Shown here piece after piece: positions 24,463-32,677 of a DNA stretch of 32,677 bases. Every line of letters starts with the position of its first letter. Position 1 is the first letter of the stretch. The notes below the pieces were generated by a model. That model was not told where the DNA came from and made no database searches. It worked only from the letters and a program-made list of their open reading frames with translations. This DNA is from Octopus bimaculoides (lineage: Eukaryota), in contig NC_068989.1 of assembly GCF_001194135.2 (NCBI RefSeq), forward strand, positions 87,743,861-87,776,537. The letters run 5' to 3'. The position numbers and the translations under genes are program-made.

Positions 24463-24630
24463 GACGCATAAGTGGTTGTGTAGTAAGTAGCTTGCTTACA
24501 AACGACATGGTTCTGGGTTCAATTCCACTGCGTTTCACTTTGGGCAAGTGTCTTCTACTATAGCCTCGGGTCGACCAAAGCCTTTTGAGTGGATTTGGTA
24601 GACGGAAAGTGAAAGAAGCCCGTCGTACAA

Positions 24631-24665
<35 letters not shown>

Positions 24666-24893
24666 TATGAGTGTGTGTATGTTTGTGTGTCTGTGTTCGT
24701 CCTCCCCCACCATCACTTGACAACCGATGCTGGTGTGTTTATGTCCCCATAACTTAGCGGTTTAGCAAAAAATACCGATAGAATAAGCACTACGCTTCCA
24801 AAGAATAAGTCTTTGATTCGATTTAGTCGACTAAAAGCAGTGCTCCAGCATGGCCGCAGTCAAATGACTGAGACAAGTAAAAGAGTAAAAGAG
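24463..24893 (+). mobile_element. SINE family A, full length
   Basis: tRNA-like head (A box TGGTTGTGTAG, B box GGTTCAATTCC), CORE-like TTTGGGCAAGTGTCTT, internal (GTAT)n, conserved 3' half, tail (TAAAAGAG)2. Confidence 0.95.
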
Positions 24894-25031
24894 TATATGT
24901 AACCACTCTGTTTTATGAAAGAAATGAGATCTGCTCCCAAAACAAAACAAGTGTTCAACGAAATAATCTGCTTCGAAGATTCATCTGGAAAGAGTTATAG
25001 CTTCAGAAAGAGTTGTACTTTCGGTTACAAA

Positions 25032-25445
25032 GGCGCATGCGTGGCTGTGTAGTAAGAAGTTTGCTTCCCAACCACATGGTTTCAGGTTCAGTCTCACTGC
25101 ATGGTACATTGAACAAGTGCCTTCTACAATAGCCTCGGGCCGACCAAAACCTTTGCAGTGGATTTGGTAGACGGAAACTGAAAGAAGCCCATCGTATATA
25201 TGTGTGTGTCTATATGTCTATGTGTGTGTTTGTGTGCCTGTGTCCCCATCACCACCACTCGACAACCGATGCTGGTGTGTTTACGTCCCCGTAACTTAAC
25301 AGTTCGGCAAAACGAAACCGAATTGGTAGCAGGCTCAAGACAAATGAGCACTGGGGTCGACTCGTTCGACTAAAATTCTCCAAGGCGGTGCCCCAGCATG
25401 ACCGCAGTCAATTGACTGGCACAAGTAAAAGATAAAAGATAAAGA
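25032..25445 (+). mobile_element. SINE family A, full length
   Basis: A box TGGCTGTGTAG, B box GGTTCAGTCTC, internal TG/TA tract, tail (TAAAAGA)n. Colinear with the 24463 copy. Confidence 0.95.
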
Positions 25446-25859
25446 ATATTTTACCAAGTCTGTTTCAGACGGTCAACGTCGGCGACTAAGGAAGCTTGTA
25501 CTTTTACCAAACAGTAATTCCGACAACTATGAACGTAGAATAGAGTCATTCAATTGTAATGTTTCAGTTGTTTTTGTTTTTCCGTTTTGACTTCAGACAG
25601 CACAAATTAATTAAGAGTTATACTCTGTCCACTCTCATACACTCTCTCTCCCCCTCTCTCTCTGTCTTTCTCTCTCTTTCTCTCTCTTCTTCCTTCCTAC
25701 CCACACAGGAATTAGCTGTGACAGCTTATTTAAAGGTTATTAATATTAGTTTAATAAGTAACAATCCAATAATTTCCTACAAAATAGGTGGGGTTTTTTT
25801 TAATATCTTTTGCAAAATGTATTAAATCTTCATTAATGAAATTTATATAATAATAATTG

Positions 25860-26142
25860 TTATTATTCTGAAAACCTCTCGGATTGTTCTTAATTATCAG
25901 TTATTCTTTACTTGAAAGCAGACAACAACAAACCACCAAAGGTGTCAAGTAGTTCCTTCTCCTGTGACCCCAAGAGGCAATACTCTCCTTAGAATGCGAG
26001 CTGTACCCAACAACGCTGTCTTCTGGATCACTTCGAGCCTGACAGCAGCTCCACTATTCTTAATATGTTTCTCAAAGCCCTTGGAAACTGCTCCTAATGC
26101 TCCGGTTACCACCAGTATCACCATTACTTTCCTCATACCCCA
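25860..26142 (-). mobile_element. R4/Dong-like RLE LINE, extreme 3' end, between (TAA)n tracts
   Basis: WGMRKVMVILVVTGALGAVSKGFEKHIKNSGAAVRLEVIQKTALLGTARILRRVL is the terminal VxPVVxGALG...QKxxLLGTAxILRxVL motif. The 3' UTR ends in AATAATAA. Confidence 0.9.
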
Positions 26143-26151
26143 TTATTATTA

Positions 26152-26195
<44 letters not shown>

Positions 26196-26215
26196 ATGAT
26201 TATTATTATTATTAT
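26143..26215. repeat. (TAA)n/(TTA)n microsatellite
   Basis: Direct reading; separates two LINE ends. Confidence 0.95.
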
Positions 26216-26890
26216 GTTTGACGTTTGCTTTGTATTTGTACAAGTTGGTTCCAAGTTTCACCTAGAGACCTCAAGAGTCAACAAGTTAGAAGTTCACGTT
26301 GGTGTTATGCCGAGGGTGTCATATATTTGGTATGGTTTTGTACATAGTATTGTGCTAGAGACTGTTTAAGAAAACATAAGAAAATTCATAAGTTTGATTT
26401 AAAATTTGAGATTACACAGTATTTTACGTAGGATATGGGCAGTTCCCATGAGCACTATCTTTTGAATGTCTGCCATTTTGGGGTTTCCTGGTATCTGAGC
26501 TAGGTAGCAATCATCCCCTTTTTCTATCATTCCTAGGGCACCTATGACAACGAGAATTGTTTTAGTCTTGAGGTTCCACATTTTGCTAATTTCTATTTCA
26601 AGATCTTTATACTTGCTCAGTTTTTGGCAGGTCTTGACAGATACATTTATGTCGATTGGGACAGTCATATCAATGAGGAGGCATGATTTTTGTCTGAAGT
26701 CCTTCAATATAATGTCTGGCCTATTCGTATCTATCTTTCTGTCAGTTTGAATGGTGAAGTTCCAGAGGAGAGAGATGTGATCATTTTCAAGCACTGGAAG
26801 TGGTTTGTGTTCCCACCAGTTTTTATCATGGAGCAGGTCCAGGTTTTTTCAAATTACCCAGTGAATATATTGTGCTGCTCTATCATGCCT
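26216..26890 (-). mobile_element. R4/Dong-like RLE LINE, 5'-truncated (restriction-like endonuclease domain plus 3' UTR)
   Basis: RHDRAAQYIHWVI*KN..WWEHKPLPVLENDHISLLWNFTIQTDRKIDTNRPDIILKD..LLIDMTVP..KLSKYKDLEIEISKMW..VVIGALG..QKIVLMGTAHILRKIL contains the RHD, RPD, D and KxxKY RLE motifs. (TAA)n lies directly at both ends. Confidence 0.95.
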
Positions 26891-26914
26891 TATTATTATT
26901 ATTATTATTATCAT

Positions 26915-27182
26915 TATTTCTTTATTAGCCACAAGGGGTTACATAAAACAACAGGAAATGACAAAACAGGACGATACAGCGGGTTTTAAAACGTGTAAGA
27001 ATTGGATAACAAAAAAAAACTGAACAAGTAAAACACCCCAAAGGGGGGGCGCTTTAAAGCTACTCGTGGAAAAACCCACAAAGCCACTGATGGCCCGACC
27101 AACAGGGCGAGAGCCCTCTCTTGTTTTCACAGTATTATAGGTGCCCAGAAACAAGGTCTGAGAACTAATTACACCTAGATCC
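26915..27182 (-). mobile_element. Unclassified retroelement 3' end sharing its terminal ~60 nt with SINE family B
   Basis: Minus terminus gtcctgttttgtc..tatgtaaccccttgtggctaataaagaaata versus family B gtccttgtttgtc..tgtttagccccttgtgggcaataaaagaata. Upstream sequence is unrelated to the SINE. Confidence 0.55.
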
Positions 27183-27848
27183 AAATAGATAAAAGTAGTG
27201 AATTCAAATAGATAAGAGTAGTGAAAAGGAAGTTTCACATATTATGAGTGAGTGTAGCACAATGGCTCAAAAAGAATACAAAAAGGGACATGATAACGTG
27301 GTTGAGTTCTATTCATTGAAGATTGTGTGAGAAGTCTTGAAATGATATTGAAATGATTAGAGTATAAGCCAGAACGTGTCTTCGAGGATAAGTAAAAGAT
27401 CTTGTGAGGCTTTACAATCCAATGTGATTCAGTGATTGATGCCCGGAAACCAGACATTGTTGTAGTTGACAAAACGATGGAGGAAACCAAGACTACAGAT
27501 ATTGCCATATCTGGGGTTGTACGAGGGGATGATAAAGAACTAGAAAAGATTGAGAAGTACAAAAAGAGGCAATGTGAGCCATGAAGACTGTAACTGTCAC
27601 TCTGGTAGTTGCAGGGAGACTGGGACCATTAACAACTATATTTGAGAAATATGTTGGAAAAACTGGGATTGAAATGAGAGTAGAGTATGCTCAGAAAACT
27701 GGGGGTTTTTTTAGGGGCGGGGCAGCAAGAACTTTGAGATTAGCACTTGGAAGTTAAGTATCGTAGAAGAAGACCCCGTTACAACTTACAAAACTGACAA
27801 GAGCAAGTGAAATCAAGAACTCTGAGAAGCGAAATGGAAATAATAATA
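27183..27848 (+). mobile_element. R4/Dong-like RLE LINE remnant, heavily decayed (not captured by ORF track)
   Basis: IDKSSEKEVSHIMSECSTMAQKEYKKGHDNV / IH*RLCEK / EYKPERVFEDK*KIL*GFTIQCDSVIDARKPDIVVVDK..TTDIAISG..DKELEKIEKY / MKTVTVTLVVAGRLG..VEYAQKT..GAARTLRLAL*. It ends in AATAATAAT. Confidence 0.85.
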
Positions 27849-27975
27849 TTTTGGCACAATATTAGCATGGTACCGTAGATGGCAGGTAGTAAGCCCGCTA
27901 CGCATGCAAGACTCCAAGAGCTCCAACAAAGCCCATGATAAAGAGAAATAATAATAAAAATTATTATTATTATTG

Positions 27976-28062
27976 TTCAGTAGTTTTATTTTTATAACGT
28001 GCTTTCACTTCACTACCGAGCGCAGCTCTGTGCGCCTTGGGTATGTGCTGTGGTTTGCTTTA
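27976..28062 (-). mobile_element. Probable 3' UTR stub of a TAA-tailed LINE embedded in (TAA)n
   Basis: An ~87-nt non-repetitive island with (TAA)n on both sides; minus strand ends aaataaaactactgaac-aataataat. Family assignment is from recall, not verified. Confidence 0.45.
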
Positions 28063-28063
<1 letters not shown>

Positions 28064-28117
<54 letters not shown>

Positions 28118-28180
28118 TATTATTACTATTATTATCAATCATTATAATCATCAGCATTATCATTATCATCATAATCGACC
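28064..28180. repeat. (TAT)n/(CAT)n repeat
   Basis: Direct reading. Confidence 0.9.
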
Positions 28181-28669
28181 GCGTTATTATCATTGTAACA
28201 TTTCTTGCCCTCATTATCTCTGCAGTATGTTGCTTTAGCTTGGCTACACCATTCATACATAACAACACACCATTCACAATTTCTTTTTTATCATTGAGAG
28301 TGGTTTCAATGGCTGAATTAGAAGCAGACGATAAGTCTCCAATCGCTTTTCTTTAAAAAACATTATTCAGAAACAAGAAAATTAGATGTACAAATTGAAG
28401 GAAAAAGATAAATTATACTATTAAACATGTTTACAAATTCAACAAACAAATTGAGAATTCCGAGATTGCTTCCAAATTTCTTGATTAACTCGGAAGAATT
28501 GTCTATGGACAAATTTAAACGAGATTTCTTTTTTATAAATTGAGAAATATTATTTAAATCTGAGCTGAATAGGAGAAACATAATTGAAATATGATTTAAC
28601 TTGTCTGTCTGTCTGTCTGTCTATTCAAATGTCTTTCTATCTTAAGTATGCAAGTATCAATTGATCTCT

Positions 28670-28688
28670 TTCTCTCTTTCTTTCTCTC

Positions 28689-28755
<67 letters not shown>
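28670..28755. repeat. (CT)n running into gap
   Basis: Direct reading. Confidence 0.9.
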
Positions 28756-29526
28756 NNNNNNNNNNNNNNNNNNNNNNNNNNNNNNNNNNNNNNNNNNNNN
28801 NNNNNNNNNNNNNNNNNNNNNNNNNNNNNNNNNNNNNNNNNNNNNNNNNNNNNNNNNNNNNNNNNNNNNNNNNNNNNNNNNNNNNNNNNNNNNNNNNNNN
28901 NNNNNNNNNNNNNNNNNNNNNNNNNNNNNNNNNNNNNNNNNNNNNNNNNNNNNNNNNNNNNNNNNNNNNNNNNNNNNNNNNNNNNNNNNNNNNNNNNNNN
29001 NNNNNNNNNNNNNNNNNNNNNNNNNNNNNNNNNNNNNNNNNNNNNNNNNNNNNNNNNNNNNNNNNNNNNNNNNNNNNNNNNNNNNATATATATATATATA
29101 TATATATATAAAATAATCAAAATAAGCAACAAGGATATCCAAAGTTAATGCAGTACGATCGTTTCATGCGACTCCATTTATTTAAGCAATGTGAACATTA
29201 CATCAAATGTAAAATGCAGAGCAATCCTCAGCTGCACAAAGATATAGAAATTTACTGAAATTACATCACAACAGAAGGACATATTCTTATAACTACATTT
29301 AAACTCTCCAAGTAGAAAGGAAGAATACGAAAAACCATTTTGATTTAGCCAGACCATACAGGCTAGTATATGTATGTATGTATGTATGTACAGCTTTTCC
29401 ATGTTGTTCTTAATGAGGGTTATCCAGTGGAAGTGCTCACCACTGTGCAGTAATCTGAGTGGAAATGAATGAGCCGTATTAGTTGCGGTTTTTATTAGTA
29501 TTCACATTAAACTCCCTCTACTGTAT

Positions 29527-29757
29527 TATTTCTTTACTACCCACAAGGGGCTACACACAGAGGGGACAAACAAAGACAGACAAACGGAATAAGTCGATTA
29601 TATCGACCCCAGTGCGTAACTGGTACTTATTTAATCGACCCCGAAAGGATGAGAGGCAAAATCGACCTCGGCGGAATTTGAACTCAGAACGTAGCGGCAG
29701 ACGAAATACCGCTAAGCATTTCGCCCGGCGTGCTAACGGTTCTGCCAGCTCGCCGCC
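29527..29757 (-). mobile_element. SINE family B, full length, 15-bp TSD
   Basis: Head ggcggcgagctggcagaaccgttagcacg, B box GAGTTCAAATTCC. TSD CTCCCTCTACTGTAT at 29512-29526 and 29763-29777. Confidence 0.95.
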
Positions 29758-30107
29758 TGTTTCTCCCTCTACTGTATGTTTAGATGCTGCAACAGCGACA
29801 ACAACAACAACAACATTATGATGAAGTTGTCAGCTATTTTAGCGTTCATGGCTGACATCAAAGGTCATTTGTGAAAAGGTGAAGGGATTGGATTTCTTCG
29901 AAATTGTCCGTTGGAATGGTCATTGTTCAATGGTTAGTTGAATTCTTCATTGTGGGGATGCGGCAAAGCTGTCATCTGGCTCTGTTCTTCGAGACTTCGT
30001 TGCAGAGTTCTGCATAATGGATGAGGCTCGTTGTCGATAAATCTCACGACATTTGTCAACGTCAAACTTAGATAACAACAACAATAGTAACAACATCGTT
30101 AAGTACA

Positions 30108-30763
30108 ACAGCAGGTGTGGCTGTGTGGTAAGAAGTTTGCTTCCCAACCACATGGTTTTCGGTTCAGTCCCGCTGCGTGGCACATTGGGCAAGTGTCTTC
30201 TACTATAGCCTCCAGCTGACCAAAGCCTTGCGAGGGGATTTGGTACACAGAAACTGAAAGAAACTAAAAGGCGGTGAGCTGGAAGAAACGTTACCCCGCC
30301 GGGCGAAATGCTTAGCGGTATTTCGTCTGCCGTTACATTCTGGGTTCAAATTCCGCCGAGGTCGACTTTGCCTTTCATCCTTTCGGGGTCGATAAATTAA
30401 GTACCAGTTACGTACTGGGGGTCGATGTAATCGACTTAATCCGTCTGTCTGTCCTTGTTTGTCCCCTCTATGTTTAGCCCCTTGTGGGCAATAAAAGAAT
30501 AAGAAACTGAAAGAAGCCCGTTGTGCGGTGTGTGTGTGTGTGTGTGTGTCTTTGTGTGTGTGTTTGTCTCCCATCACTACCTGACAACCGGTGTTGGTGT
30601 GTTTACGTATCCGTAACGTGGAAGTTCGGCAAAAGAGACCGATAGAATTAGTAACAGGGTTTAAGGAGGAAAAAATAAATACCGGGGTCGATTCGTTGGG
30701 CTAAAATTCTTCAAGGCGGTGCCCCAGCATGGCCGCAGTCTAATAGCTGAAGGAAGAAAAAGA
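30108..30763 (+). mobile_element. SINE family A, full length, interrupted by nested family B copy
   Basis: Head 30108-30262 resumes at 30502 and continues through the (TG)n and the 3' half. Confidence 0.95.
30270..30501 (+). mobile_element. SINE family B nested in family A, 14-bp TSD
   Basis: TSD AGAAACTGAAAGAA at 30249-30262 and 30502-30515. Confidence 0.95.
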
Positions 30764-30766
30764 TAT

Positions 30767-30979
30767 ACTCTTTTACACTTTTACTTGTTTCAGTCATTTG
30801 ACTGTGGCCATACTGGAGCACCGTCTTTAGTCGAGCAAATCAACCCCAGGATTTTTTCCTTTGTAAGCCTAGTACTAATTCTATCGGTCTCTCTTTTGCC
30901 GAACCGCTAAGTTACGGGACGTAAACACACCAGCATCTGTTGTCAAGCGATGCTGGAGGGACAAACACAGACACACAAA

Positions 30980-31044
<65 letters not shown>

Positions 31045-31112
31045 ACAACGGTCTTCTTTCAGTTTCCGTCTACCAAATCCACTCGCAAGGCTTTGGTCGG
31101 CCCAAGGCTATA
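30767..31112 (-). mobile_element. SINE family A, head missing, tail-to-tail with the 30108 copy
   Basis: Reverse complement of the family A body from tatagccttgggccgacc to the tail caagtaaaagtgtaaaagag. Confidence 0.95.
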
Positions 31113-31954
31113 TATATATATATATTCGTGGCACTCCGTCGGTTACGATGACAAGGATTCCAGTTGATCCGATCAACAGAACAGCCTGCTCGTGAAATCA
31201 ACGTGCAAGTGGCCGAGCACTCCACAGACANNNNNNNNNNNNNNNNNNNNNNNNNNNNNNNNNNNNNNNNNNNNNNNNNNNNNNNNNNNNNNNNNNNNNN
31301 NNNNNNNNNNNNNNNNNNNNNNNNNNNNNNNNNNNNNNNNNNNNNNNNNNNNNNNNNNNNNNNNNNNNNNNNNNNNNNNNNNNNNNNNNNNNNNNNNNNN
31401 NNNNNNNNNNNNNNNNNNNNNNNNNNNNNNNNNNNNNNNNNNNNNNNNNNNNNNNNNNNNNNNNNNNNNNNNNNNNNNNNNNNNNNNNNNNNNNNNNNNN
31501 NNNNNNNNNNNNNNNNNNNNNNNNNNNNNNNNNNNNNNNNNNNNNNNNNNNNNNNNNNNNNNNNNNNNNNNNNNNNNNNNNNNNNNNNNNNNNNNNNNNN
31601 NNNNNNNNNNNNNNNNNNNNNNNNNNNNNNNNNNNNNNNNNNNNNNNNNNNNNNNNNNNNNNNNNNNNNNNNNNNNNNNNNNNNNNNNNNNNNNNNNNNN
31701 NNNNNNNNNNNNNNNNNNNNNNNNNNNNNNNNNNNNNNNNNNNNNNNNNNNNNNNNNNNNNNNNNNNNNNNNNNNNNNNNNNNNNNNNNNNNNNNNNNNN
31801 NNNNNNNNNNNNNNNNNNNNNNNNNNNNNNNNNNNNNNNNNNNNNNNNNNNNNNNNNNNNNNNNNNNNNNNNNNNNNNNNNNNNNNNNNNNNNNNNNNNN
31901 NNNNNNNNNNNCACCTCCTTTCTCCCCCATTTGATGGTCTGACTTTTTGGTGCT

Positions 31955-32501
31955 GCCGTTGTTGTTGTTGTTGTTGTTGTTGTCCTGGATTTGTTGGGTG
32001 ATTAAGGAGCAGATGTCAATAGTGATGATGATGATGGTGGTGGTGGTGGTGGTGGTGGTGGTGATGATAATGATGATGATAATGATGATGATGATGATGA
32101 TGATGATGGTAGTGGTAGTGGTGGTGGTGGTGATGGTGGTGGTGGTGGTGGTATTGTTGTCGGTGGTGGTAGTAATGATGATGAAGTTGATGGCGATGAC
32201 GATGATGACGATGAAGGTGATGATGATGATGGTGGTCGTCGTCGTCGTTGTTATGATGATGATGATGATGATGGTGGTAGTGGTGGTAGCTGTCGTCGTC
32301 GTCGTTGTGGTGATGATGAGGGTAATGATGATGGTGATGGTGATGGTAGTGGTGGCGGCGGTGGCGGTGGCGATGGTGAGGTTGACATTTTATTCATTTG
32401 TCTTTTTCTGTTTGCTTTGGTGTCTTTTGCTTTCCTTCTTGTTCTCTCGATTGATGGCTGGCCGTCGATTACCATGACGATGACGATGACGATGATGTTG
32501 T

Positions 32502-32534
<33 letters not shown>

Positions 32535-32541
32535 CGACGAC

Positions 32542-32585
<44 letters not shown>

Positions 32586-32586
32586 C

Positions 32587-32642
<56 letters not shown>

Positions 32643-32643
32643 C

Positions 32644-32677
<34 letters not shown>
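31955..32677. repeat. (GTT)n then long (GAT/GGT/GAC)n trinucleotide array to window end
   Basis: Direct reading. Confidence 0.95.

Noticed and set aside
28363-28581. 72-aa minus ORF and opposite-strand frames
   Set aside because: No recognisable domain; AT-rich.
29947-30110. Peptide SKFDVDKCREIYRQ...DSFAASPQ as an exon
   Set aside because: The ORF starts inside a SINE, and no motif or convincing splice sites were found.

Overview
Repeat-dominated, AT-rich eukaryotic (animal) genomic DNA with about 5.1 kb (about 16%) of N gaps: 666-746, 1925-2315, 3065-3928, 4892-4901, 6361-6780, 11459-11796, 16783-17571, 18852-19156, 22740-23220, 23751-24188, 28756-29085 and 31231-31911. Most gaps abut microsatellites. 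I could not support any intact host gene; nearly all ORF-track entries are translations of microsatellites or N runs. The window holds dense microsatellites and three tRNA-derived SINE families (A with 9 copies or fragments, B with 3, C with 1). It also holds a 5' half mariner transposon, an RTE-type LINE fragment, an RTE-like triple zinc-finger 3' end, three R4/Dong-like RLE LINE remnants mostly bounded by (TAA)n, and one clear plus one weak Penelope-like GIY-YIG remnant. The repeat landscape suggests a cephalopod (octopus-like) genome; this is inference from recalled repeat families, not a database result. The observations most worth following up are: (1) a ~97-nt pri-miRNA-like hairpin at 8729-8825; (2) a ~0.5-kb direct duplication bracketing a Penelope-like fragment; (3) a non-SINE sequence sharing the 3' tail of SINE family B, a candidate partner LINE end; (4) a double inverted-SINE fold-back at 29.5-31.1 kb; (5) a cluster of TAA-associated LINE ends. 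Coordinates of degenerate elements are approximate.
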